From positions 8,808,001 to 8,872,000 of the forward strand of contig CAVNZM010000012.1 in NCBI GenBank assembly GCA_963693365.1: DNA of 64,000 nucleotides. The letters run 5' to 3'. The notes beneath the pieces were generated by a model. The model searched no databases. It saw nothing but the letters and a program-made list of their open reading frames with translations, and had not been told where the DNA came from. Both the position numbers and the translations under genes were made by a program. Below, in pieces: positions 36,964 to 56,281 of this stretch (the stretch's first letter is position 1; the number at the start of each line of letters is the position of its first letter). Source of the DNA: Amoebidium appalachense. Taxonomy: Eukaryota; Protista; Ichthyosporea.

Positions 36964-38753
36964 ATGGCCGCCACCGTTGCTGTTGTTCCCCAGGAGGAGG
37001 AGGTTCAGGACTCGTTCACAGACGACTCAGCGTTTGATCTTGACCTGGCATGCCGGGAATCCCGTGTGTGGATTGAGGTAATATACAGATTTAATAGCAT
37101 AGAAGAACTTGGAGCTTGAGAATAATATCGTGGAAACGAAAAAGAGGAGGCTAACTATCTGCGGAAAGGGTGGATCTTATACGCAAGCTCTTACATCGGC
37201 CTATCCCCTGAGTTTAGCAGATTCTCCGTCTGGCTCTGGTCGGTTCCTAGAAACAGCATGGCGGACTGATTTCACTAATAAAAAACACCTGGAAGGCCCG
37301 GAGATCGATTTGGAGTATATTAACCACTTGCCTGCTGCAAAACCTTATTCCTCTCAGTTCTAATGAATGCATGCATGACGCTAAGATAGGCACCTGGCAA
37401 AGCCAGCCAAAAGAACTCGCCTACCGACTTGTTAAAGCTGGTGCACGCAGAAAAAACTAACCCATTTTCGTTATAACAGGCCGTGTTGACCGAAAAGTTT
37501 GACCAGCCCGAGACCAAGGAAGGATTCCATGAGGGGCTGAGAAATGGCCAGCGTCTGTGCCGGTTCATAAACTGCATTAAGCCAAACTCCGTCCGCAAGA
37601 TTAACAAGATGGCCGTTGCATTTGCTTGCATGGAGAACATCACGTGGTTTTTGGGTGCCTGCCGCAACATAGGCCTTCGTGACACCCAGCTCTTCACGTC
37701 CACCGATTTGTATGGTGGCGCCGAGGCGGGTCTTGTGGGTGCGAATGAGGCAGAGAAGCTGGCTCTGGCGCAGAAGGACAAGGAGCGAAAGCTGCGTGAT
37801 GTAAGTATTGCATAGTTTTTGCGCAATATACGGAGGATTTGATTCATTGGTTGTGAAAGATGTAGCGCCCTGTGATGCTGTTGCCATGTGATTATGTCTC
37901 ACTCGATGCTGATTTCTGTTTTTGATATCCAAGATCTCTGTGTTCCGGTTGGGTATATAAGGGATAGTAGGGCTTATGGTTACTAATGGCACGGCTGTCT
38001 GTGCACAGTAATACTACATATCGGTGGCTAAGCAGCTCGGTATTAATTCTTCTTTCTCTAACACCTGCAGGTTTGCATCACCATCTATTGGCTTGGGCGT
38101 GCTGTCCGAGAGATGAAGGACTACCATGGTCCTCAGCTGAACTTGGCTGCCTTTGTGAAGATGTCGTGCACTCGCTGCCAGGATCCCATCACCGATGAGA
38201 AATATGTTGTAGATGGCGGGAGGAACTTCCACACAAAGTGCTTCTTCTGCGACACCTGTGGAAAGAACCCCATCGACCAGAACGAGGATTTCAAGTGGGA
38301 CTCCTACCGCGAGGCCTTGGTGGGTTGAATATTGCAAAGCTTATAGTGCGCTTTAGAATCGGGAATGATATGGGGAGTTACTTACTTGCCCCATGCCAAG
38401 GGAGAGCGCAAACTATCCATTTGTGGGGCGATGTGAGTAGTATATTTTAGGAACCAATAATCTTCCCCCCTCCATATTCCCTTTTTGAATGATTCTGCAC
38501 ACACTCGACTATGGTGCACAAAATCTTGGTGGGATGTTAAACCTAACAAGAGTGTTACTGCAGGCCTGCAGCCTGTGTCGGTGTGTTAAGTGCCGTGACC
38601 CTCTGCCCAAGGGTGGCTACCGCCGGCTGGATGATGAGGGCCACAAGATCTGCCCACGCTGTGACTCTGGTGGGTGCATACATGCTGCTTGTGAACCCCC
38701 TTGCGTTTTTAGATCGAATCTGGAAATTTTGACCTCTGGCGACCATTGTCTAC

Positions 38754-38787
<34 letters not shown>

Positions 38788-39245
38788 ACAAAAAAGAAAG
38801 AAAAAAAGAAAAAACCCCAACCCCAACCCCAACCATGCGATCATCACATACTATTTTTCAGACTGCATTATCACATAAAGCACAGTATATGTACCATGTT
38901 TTAAAATTATAGCGCAAAGTGGTGGCCTTTTACAGTTGCATCATGTCCCATCCCCCCCCCCCCCCCCCCCCCCCCAGCGCTCCCCCAGCAAAAAAAAAAA
39001 GAAAGAAAGAAAGAAAGAAAAAGAGAAGAAAGAAAGGAAGAGCGGAAAGAAGGATATCGGAAATTAAACTTGCATCTCTCCCTTTTTCCTTTCCTTTCCT
39101 TTCTTTTCTCTTTTTTTCCCCCCCTTCCCACCCCCCTCCCCCCTCCCCCCTCCCCCCCCCTATTCTTTTTTTTTTCTTTTTTCGCCGTCGTTATGCCTTG
39201 CTGCCTTGCTGTTATTTTCCCTCATCGTCCAAGACATATATTCAT

Positions 39246-39282
<37 letters not shown>

Positions 39283-40174
39283 ACCCCCCTCTCTAAATGA
39301 GAACAAAAGAAAGTAAGAGAAAAAGGAGGAAACCTATCAAGAGAATGGAAAGATGCATGCTATCATCCGGTGAGATATTCTTGCCCAACCCCACGTACCC
39401 TCCCCCCCTCCCCCCCCCCCCCCTTCCCCCCTCCCCCCAGCCCCCTTCCGTTTGTATGTTAACCCTTAACTTAATGGGAGCTGAGCGTTATCTATATGTG
39501 CTGCTTTGTCGTGTGCTGAAATTTGATGGGCTGCAGACAACCAGTGCACCACGTGCAAGGCGCTGCTGGAGAAGGACCACGTGCACACCCACGAGGGCAA
39601 GAAGTACTGCCCGCTGTGTGTCTGTGCTGACCCTGAGTGCGGCAAGCCCTTCAAAGCGGTAACAGCCCCCATATCCCTGCTTGTAGTTGGGCTCCATTGA
39701 ATCCTTCTTCCTTTTGGGGGAGGGGGAGGGGGGAGGGGGAGAGGAGGGGAGGGGGGAGGGAAAGGGAAGGGGGGGAGGGGGAGGGAGGATTATTGCTGTG
39801 TATTCTGGGGATTTGGTTCACTAAGGTCTTTGGGAATCTCCCTATTAGCGCTTCAACACCTTTTGTAATCGCAATCACACTGTTAATGTTTTTAGACTAC
39901 AACGATGTACTACGTGGAGGCACATATCAACGCCCACATCAACGAGAATAGCACATTTGCGTCAACGGACCAGCATTCTAACGTGTGGTTTGTACAGGGC
40001 AAGTTCACTGAGATTGACGGGCAGCGCTACTGCCCGGACTGCCTCTGCTTCAACTGTCATGGGCTGGCCGGAAAGGACCATGTCAACATCGCCGGCCGCA
40101 AGTACTGCCCCAACTGCTACTGCGCTGAACGCACATGCAAGAAACCCTTCGTCAACGTATGCACCAGCCCCCCC

Positions 40175-40209
<35 letters not shown>

Positions 40210-40839
40210 CCTTCCCGCCCTACACCCACCCACCCACACACACAACAACGTTACCACGACCGCCACCATCTCCACACACACATACCTGCAGGTCTGCGCA
40301 TTTTACCCTATAACTCCGTCATCGGTCTGTCTTCGCAACACATGCTGCAGTCACGCATGGTCATCCACAAACCCCCAGCTATCTTTCTATCTTGCTAGTC
40401 CCGTCCCCTCTATTCTTTCATTACCAAAGCTTTGGTTGTTCATGGCCAACACAACCATTCACAGTAGCTAACTGCTTGATATCCCCAGAACAAGTTCAAG
40501 GAGATTGACGGCAAGCGCTACTGCCCCGACTGCCTCTGTGCCAACTGCGAGCAGCTTGCAGGGGACAAGTGTGTGATTGAGCATGGCAAGAAGTACTGCC
40601 CCATGTGCTACTGCGCAGACCAGACATGCAAGAAACCCTTCAAGAACGTACGTTACATCCCTGCCCCCTCCCCCTCCCTCCCCCCCTCCCCCTGGGGCTT
40701 CCCCCCGGCGCTCCTGTTCTTGCCGTGGCGCCTCGTCATTCCCTCATTAACACATTACACCATTTCGTCTACTATGCGTTTTGCTGAAATTCGATCTGCC
40801 TCTATTCCCTTTTCCTACCACTCCCCGGCATTTTTTCAA

Positions 40840-40872
<33 letters not shown>

Positions 40873-41948
40873 AAAAAAAAAAAAAAAAAGAAAGAAAGAA
40901 GAAAGAAAGAAAAAAGAAAAAAGATGAAAAGAAAAAAGAAAAAAAACAGGGAAAAAGAGAAGAAGAACAGGGTTTCCAGCCTAACCAGAATTTCCTGGGG
41001 GCACCCACTCTCCCCCCCTCCCCCCTTCCCCCTGCAGCTCTCCCCAATCTCTCTTCCCTTCTTTCCCGGGGCCGCCTGCTAGCACACAATTTGCTACCCT
41101 GCCCCATTATCTGTCTAGGTACCCCAATACCCCACCTGAATTTGCACATCTAATGCCGTTCATTTCTTCACAGAACCAATTCAAGGAGGTGGACGGCAAG
41201 CGCTACTGCCCCGACTGCATGTGCCACCGCCCCGGGTGTGACCAGTGGGCCGGTGAAGACCCCATTGTGCACAACGGCAAGAAGTATTGCCCCAACTGTG
41301 TGTGTGCTGATGAGGAGTGCAGGCGCCCCTTCAAGGAGGACAAGCCCGATGGCACGGTATTTGTTGCCCTACCCGATTGTTCTAAGATAGATTATTGTTT
41401 GATGCATGCCCCATTGGTGGTTGGTTGTGTATGCAGACCATCTGCACATTGGCCGATTACTTATTCGACAAGCCCAATGGCACGTTGTGTGTTGCCATGA
41501 TGGATTGTTGCATATGATTCACATGTACTCCGTGGGTGATTGTTGTTTGGTTGTTCCTGTATGTCGAAACACATTGGCCCATCACTGATTTGGGGTGTGT
41601 GTGTGCAGAAAGACTACATCGAGCACGAGGGCAAGAGGTACTGCAGCGACTGCATGTGCCACCGCCCAGGCTGCGGCAAGTATGCAGGCAAGGAGCCTGT
41701 GCTTGTGGACGGCAAACGCTTCTGCCCCACCTGTGTTTGTGCCGATGAGGACTGCCACATGCCCCTCGAGGACGGAAAATTCACCAACGTCCCTGCACAG
41801 GGAGACTTCAAGGTGTGTGAACCCCCCCCCCCCCCCCCCCCCCTCCCCCTCCTTCCCCGCCCCCTCCCCCCCTCCCCAGCCCCTCCTTCCCTTAACCATG
41901 ACCATCACACACACACGCACACACGCGCGCACACACACACACACATGC

Positions 41949-41987
<39 letters not shown>

Positions 41988-42665
41988 TTTTTTTTTCCCG
42001 GTGTCTCCCTTTGTTGCTGTGCCTCGGCTCCACCCCCTCCCTCCCCAACCCTGCAACCTTTGTGCACATTCTCCCTATGGAATCACAACAGCGAACACAC
42101 ATACACACACAGAGACATGGGCACATATAACAAAGGTGCTAACTTGAGAAACTGCAGGGAGGCAACGTGTGCAAGTCGTGCCTGTGCGCCATCTGCGAGT
42201 GCTTTGTGGGCAAGGACTACTTCCTGCGCAGAAAGGGCGACCGCTTCTGCAAGAACTGCTGCTGCGGTGGCTGCAAGGTACATACCTGCTCCCTCTGCCT
42301 CCCATGCACAATGCACAATGTTTTGCACACCTGTGGCTACCGTATCTACACTCCAATGCCATGTATGCACAAAGACATACGAACGTGTTCAGATAGTAAT
42401 TAATGCATATGTACCTCCACTCAGTAGTAGCACTCAATATGCTATCTTTCTAACCTTGCCCAACCAACCAGATCCCGCTGCGTGAGAATGTTGCCAAGAC
42501 CATGCCCGAGAAGAAGAATCCCGACCATCGCTCCTTCTGCAGCCGCTGTGTCTGCGCCAACTGCCAGGTGTGTGTTGGGGCCTACCTGCGGAGCGGGAAT
42601 GGGGCACTATCGAAGTATCGATGATATGTACTACCTCGGGCAGGGGTGAAGGGGGGGGGGATAGA

Positions 42666-42696
<31 letters not shown>

Positions 42697-43921
42697 AAGA
42701 GAGAGAGAGAGGGAGAGAGAGCTCGGAACATCGATGTCATTCATTTGCCCAGAGAAGGAGGATGTGTGTATGTCTTGGAGAGGGGTGGGGGTGGGGATGG
42801 GGGGGGTGGGAGACAACAGAAGCAAATATGGGCATGACTTTAATACTGACAGTATGTCTGGTTCACAGTGTGGTCTGCGGCGCAAGGACCCCCGCAAGGA
42901 GTATGCAGGCAAGCAGTACTGCGAGGACTGTGTGTGCGGCATCTGCAGCAAGGCCCTGGTTGGTGCAAGGGCAGAGGGCACGGTCAGCTACGACCAGGGC
43001 AAGGCTTGCACTAGCTGCCAGTGTGCCGGCTGCCACAGTGCCGTGGCATTCAAGGACCGCATTGCCTTTGGCCCTGCCTTCTTCTGCAAGGCGTGTGTGT
43101 GCACGGCATGCAACAAGCCTGCAAGCGATGTGCGCGGGGCACTGACCCAGGTGGCCGGAAAGACATACTGCCCGGCATGCCTGTGCTTCGGGTGCAAGGA
43201 GCCCCTGGGCACCTTCAAGGTATATACCAAGCTAGAAACACACACACGCATGTTCTTTTTTCGTACCATTTGAATCCCCCTCCGTTCTGCACGCACAACT
43301 GGACTAAAGCACGAACCGTATTTCTATCCTTTCCCCCCTTTGGCCCCTTTTGGCCGCACCCTCTCCTTCTCCCTCCCTTTCATGCCCTGTCTTTTGCCCT
43401 GTTTTCACACATCAGCTGATAGACGTCATCTTAGTCAAGTATACTCGTTACAACCCGTTGTTCTAGTTCATCAGAGCTTGAAGCATATCATACAATGAAA
43501 TCAGACCAAGTTTGACCTTCTTTTTGCCTACAGATGGAGTTTGCGGACCACCACTACTGCAAGAACTGTGTGTGCGCCAGCTGCCATCATGCCTTGGGCC
43601 AGGACACAAGAGTCAGCAGGGGCGACAAGAACTACTGTGCCACGTGTGTGTGCGTGCAGTGCGAGACTGTGCTTGTGGCCGGCCAGCGCCGTGGGTTTGG
43701 GGACATGGGGGTGTGCACAAAGTGTGCTTGTGCCCGCTGCAGCCGCCCAGAGGCCCCCAAGAACATGCCGGCCGAGCAGCCCTTCATTAAGGCCAGGTAC
43801 TGCCATTTGCACACACACATACATCTGTACTTTCAGACACACATGATGACTGCCAGCGCTAGCAACTACGACATTATCTTGCAGCTCCTCTTAGTTCCCA
43901 AAAAAAAGGCTTTTCCTCATT

Positions 43922-43965
<44 letters not shown>

Positions 43966-44572
43966 CCCCTCCTCCCACTGCACCTTTGATGTCACCGTCC
44001 CCTCTATACCACGGCATGGACTCTTGACTCACACGTGTGTGTGCACCAGGGGCAAGAAGTTCTGCGTCAACTGTGTGTGTGGCTCATGCGACAAGCCCCT
44101 CGAGGACAATGAGGTTGAGTACTGCACAGACTGCACCTGCCAGGGCTGTGGCTCCCTGCTGGACGACGATGAGAAAACGTAAAGACCCCCCCCCCCCCCC
44201 AACACACCCCCAACACACGCAAACCCCACCCACCCAACACCACCATCACCACCACCGTGGCTACTACGAGCGCAAACGAATTCCCGAGGTTTAATATGGT
44301 TCTGCATTCATTATCATGACTTTGCATAGGCCCGGATGTGTATATGTGAGGATAACATAGGCGTGCTCATTTTGAGATTCGGCAGTGTTATAAGCTTTGC
44401 TGCAGCCTCTATACCCGTTAATGTGTGTGCATGCAGTACTAACCCACTGCTCTCTTCAGGTTCTGCGATGACTGCGGGGCCGGCAAGCCAGGCTTCAAGC
44501 CCCGTGCCGTCGTGCGCAAAGAGAAGAAGGCACCCAAGGTAAACCAATCCCACCCCCCCCCCCCCCCCCCTC

Positions 44573-44607
<35 letters not shown>

Positions 44608-45119
44608 TTCCAAGTGCACGGAAAAAAGGTGGAGGGGGGAGAGGCTGGGGAAAACCACCTTCACATACCCCAAAGGGTTTCGCACAAAGTATGCGACAAA
44701 ACGGCCACTAATTCTGTTAACCTCTACTACAATGCACAAGAATATTGCAGCCACACTAACTCACCCCACAACCCGCACATGTTCTCACACCCCACCTACC
44801 CCTACAGGTCGCTGCCGCACCTACGCCAGCTGCAAGCACCAACAGCCGCCCCACCTCCACTGCCTCCACCCCTACCAGTGCACCCAGCAGCCCCTCTATG
44901 GCCCGGCCAGGCTCTGTCTCCGACCACGGCCACACACACAAGCATGATGGTGGGTGCTGCAGCAGTGCACCCAAGTCCCCCCAGTCACCAAAGGCCCCTG
45001 CCCCAGTTGCTAAGGAGGGCGGCTGTGCCAAGTGTGGGGGTGCCCTGCATGGGTCTGTGGTGCGTGCTGTGGACAAGGAGTTCCATGCCGACTGCTTCAA
45101 GTGCTTCATGTATGTTGCC

Positions 45120-45163
<44 letters not shown>

Positions 45164-45639
45164 AAAAAAAAAAAGAAAAAAAGAAAGCAAACAAACAAAC
45201 GAACGTTACAAACAAAAAATTCACCGGGGGGGGGGGGGGAGGGGGGGGAGAAGACGACAAGATCCCATGTTACCGGTGCACAGACTGCCAGTTGGACCCA
45301 AACCGCAGACTAATAGCAATAGCCTCTAGCCGCCCCTATGTACAGTAGTCTCACAGCCACCCTCTCTCTCGCAGGTGCAACGGAGCACTCAAGGGCGGGT
45401 TCATGGCACACGAGGGCCTGCCCTACTGCAGCAAGTGCATCGGCAAGGCGGCAGGCCTGCCCGAGTGTGGGGGCTGTGGGCAGACGGTCAGTGGCAGCTA
45501 CCTGACCTTTGGCAACGGCAGTGCATGGCACAAGGAGTGCTTCAAGTGCTCCACGTGCTTCAGGGATCTGGCTGGTGCTAGCAACTTCCGCATTGATTCT
45601 GGAAGCCCAGTGTGTGCCACCTGCTACAACAAGAACTAG
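36964..45639 (+). CDS. CH domain (LMO7/LIMCH1 type) + LIM + 23 tandem C4 half-LIM zinc fingers + two LIMs, 1073 aa
   Basis: 17 exons: 36964-37077, 37480-37800, 38071-38319, 38564-38669, 39537-39658, 39998-40156, 40489-40647, 41174-41356, 41609-41812, 42158-42277, 42472-42567, 42869-43219, 43534-43796, 44050-44178, 44460-44538, 44808-45109, 45375-45639 (3222 nt). CH: WIEAVL...LRNGQRLCRFINCIKPNSVRKIN...ENITWFLGAC...LFTSTDL...VCITIYWLGR...GPQLNLAAF. LIM His motifs: FHTKCFFC, FHADCFKC, WHKECFKC. Confidence 0.93.
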
Positions 45640-45817
45640 ATGCTTATGAATCCGTTTCTGGTGCATGGTCAGAAGAGTTAGAATCACCACGTGCCACAAG
45701 AAGAACTGGATGATTCTAGAAGTGAATCTTTATTACTGCCGTTTGTGGAAGATAGTATGACTTAGAATGAGTTAGAATCGCCATGTGCAACAACAAGAAC
45801 TAGATGATCCCAGAAGT
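45615..45817 (+). repeat. Three degenerate copies of the stop-codon region of the CH-LIM gene
   Basis: CCACCTGCTACAACAAGAACTAGATG (the real end), CCACGTGCCACAAGAAGAACTGGATG (about 45687) and CCATGTGCAACAACAAGAACTAGATG (about 45781). Confidence 0.8.
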
Positions 45818-46006
45818 ATTATCATTATTCCATGCCGGTTGGGGCACATAGGAAGTAAGACCGTCTACAAGCCAGGCACCTGGCCTGCATCATTCATCCA
45901 AGTAACAGTTTAATAATACATGGCAATAAACAACATAAATCCGTCTAAAAATACATTCGTCCATTTTAACATTCAATTGGCATATACATCGCCTGCTACT
46001 CCCCCT

Positions 46007-46140
46007 CGGGTACTGTGGATGACGTGGCCCCCCCCTGGGGATGGGCTCTGCTTATTATGCATACTCTTTCTGTATGGCTTGCATTCTGCATCGTGTTATC
46101 CGTTTGTTCTTGTGTACTTCGTACTTTTTGACGCATTAAA
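46007..46140 (+). mobile_element. Poly-C-flanked element, subfamily B, near-identical to 46467-46600
   Basis: GGTACTGTGGATGACGTGG-Cn-TG(G/A)GGATGGGCTCTGCTTATTATGCATACTC...GTGTACTTCGTACTTTTTGACGCATT(C)AAA-Cn. Confidence 0.75.
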
Positions 46141-46299
46141 CCCCCCCCCCCCCCTTCCACACGCACACACGCCACACACACACACACACACACACAGTGT
46201 AGGGCAGATCATCTGTTCGCGTTGTTGCCGCAGCAGTCCAGGCCATTCACCTTGTAGCTGCTGGGGCCAAAGCACAGGGCTGCCCTACGCTGCCACGCC

Positions 46300-53479
<7,180 letters not shown>

Positions 53480-53918
53480 GTTTGTTTGTGGTTGCTGAAA
53501 GCCCAAGAGCTTATGATGACAAGAACAGCAAACCTTTAGAAAAGTTCCCCTTTGTGACTGTGTGTTTCCCCGCTCCAAATAGAGATTTCACCTCGCCAGC
53601 TTCTTAACCATGAAATCTGCAACGCTACTTTCCAAGCATTAGTTTCGCAGGTGATTTTAATTAAAGCTGACAACCAGAAGTTCCCCAGAACACTTTTGCA
53701 CCGGCATTTCAGGCTTCGACGAAAGTTTTTGGGGTGGCACGAGTCCCATGGCCCACGCTGATGATAAGAGATAAAAGCGCTAAATGTAATTGGTTCATGG
53801 CAAATAAGGGAAAATGATTGGTTGTGTCGTCATCGCTAAATTCACCTGATTGGTGCCTGCAAATAACCTTAATGGATGGTCCGGACATAAGATAGCGCAA
53901 GAAACAAGATACTTCCGC

Positions 53919-53959
<41 letters not shown>

Positions 53960-54499
53960 GCAAAAAAAGAAAGAAAGAAAGAAAGAAGGCAAGAAAGAAA
54001 GCACAAGTACCTAATAAACGCGTAATGGAAGACAAAGTTTTAACAATAGAGTTTTGTCGTGCAGGTGCTAAAGCACCGCAGCTACTTAGGTGAAGGCCAA
54101 ACTAACAGGTGTGTGCTCGCCTACGGCTGGACCTACGGACTACAGCAACACTCACACCGAGGCAATCGAAACGATGGAGCCCCACGCGATAATCTCTCCC
54201 GGATTCTTCACCCACATACAGAACCCGTTTGCTGCAGCGCATATGCCACCATTACAGCCGCTGTGCCGTGCTAGCCAATTTCGCTAGCCCAAAACGTTCG
54301 TGCTATTTGCACCATAACAGTTAGGGTTTTTAGAATTTGAAATGGGGGCCGGGGGGGGGGGGGGGGGGGGTAGTTATTATCGGCGTCCGCCCTGGTGGTA
54401 CCCCCCTCCCCCTCCCCTGCCCAAGGTAGCCGCAGGGGTGGATGGGTCCGTCCCCCCCCTCCCGGGGGGGGAGGGACGCACCTGGGTGAGTGGGGTGGT

Positions 54500-54530
<31 letters not shown>

Positions 54531-54763
54531 CTCTCCCCCCACGCCCATGCGCGTTATCCGAGCCAGAGTCACTTTTCCATCCCCCAAAGTTGAACATGTA
54601 TTCGTTACTTTTTTTTTTTTTTTTTTTTGGAGGAATTGATCCCGTTTTTTCCACTGATGCACATCCCCCCCCTCCCCCCTCCCCCCACGCTTCCTCCCCT
54701 CCCCCCCCCCCCCCCCCCCTCCCCTCGCCCCACCCCCCCTCCCCTCACATACATACCCAAGCA

Positions 54764-54932
<169 letters not shown>

Positions 54933-55169
54933 CACACACACATCAAACACTATCTACCCACACGCACACACACTCGCCCACCCACACACCCACACACTAC
55001 ACACACAAACACATCCGCACACACACACACATTCACCACCCCTTAGTACACCGGTGCTCTTCCTCTGCCGGATGCATACTCATTGTGTGCTCTTTGCAAG
55101 GTCCGCTTTGTGTTGTCCACGGCAAATGTGTACTATATGCTCCTCGACATTTTCCGAGCAAACGACCCG

Positions 55170-55207
<38 letters not shown>

Positions 55208-55355
55208 CCCCGGCCCCTAGGCCTCCCGCCTCACTCACGTCCTCCCCCCCCCCCCCCCCCCTCCCACACCCTGCTCGTTTACCACACAAGTAAATGCATG
55301 TGCACATGTGCACGTACACACACACACACACACACACACAACGCCCACACACACA

Positions 55356-55415
<60 letters not shown>

Positions 55416-56281
55416 CACACACGTTCAACGGTCAACTATTTCTAAGTTATTATTTGGGGTCAAATTCATCGTGGCAGTGTTCGTGTGCGTATCTGTGTGG
55501 CGGGGAATTTATGTGGCGTGTGGTTTGGATGAGTGTATCTGCATGTTCAATTCGGGTGCTCATGGCTGGTCAAAGTTTGTGCAACTTGTGTGCGTGTGTG
55601 GTACATGCGTGTGCAGGTACGTGTGAATTAAATACGTGTGAAAGTGTGTGCTGTATGTGTGCGCGTTGGGGCGACTACAGACGAGTGCGAGAGGGGGGCG
55701 GGGAGGGGGGGGAGGAGACAGGGGGCCCCGGGCGGGTGGCGGGGGTTGGGGTGGGGGGAGTATGACCTTACGACATACCCTGAGTTTCAGGTGATCGAGT
55801 GAAAATCAAGAAGGGCCTAACGTCCCCATTGCAACGGTTTGCTCTTTCAGTGAGCTGATTTAGTCTCCAAGGATATGTACCCACTAGCTTACGTAAGTGG
55901 CCGGGCACTAGTACGCCACGGGACTGCGCAAAAAAAAAAAAAAAAAAAAAAAAAAAGGCCCCAGGGAAGACAGCACTCAGAGTGACTACCTCTAGAGGTG
56001 ATTCTGACATGACCAAGAAAATGGGCGGGAAACGTGATCCAATCACATCAAACCAAACTAACCATATATGTTTATCATATGAATCGACGCGCCGGCCAGT
56101 CCATCCCTCCCAGTCTGAGAACTTCCAGTCTTTTCTTCGACTTCGTGTTCTTTTCTGTTTGTCTAGTGGCGTTGTTTCTTGAACAGCGTATTTATACGTT
56201 CGGTGTTAGTGTAGTCCTTGTATTTTGAGGGTTATATAGCAGCAAGCATAGGGACACCTTCATATTTCCCCCACCACATAC

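Noticed and set aside
38564-44480. Cys-rich array as metallothionein, heme-binding CxxCH or ferredoxin repeats
   Set aside because: The regular paired CxxC spacing with LIM-like G.(K/R)YC ends fits C4 zinc fingers; CxxCH occurs only sporadically.
54065-54274. Short plus-strand ORF after a CAG acceptor
   Set aside because: No upstream exon or recognisable motif, so support is insufficient.
54320-54332. Telomere-like TTAGGG
   Set aside because: Isolated single hexamers here and at 61509 and 62458, not arrays.
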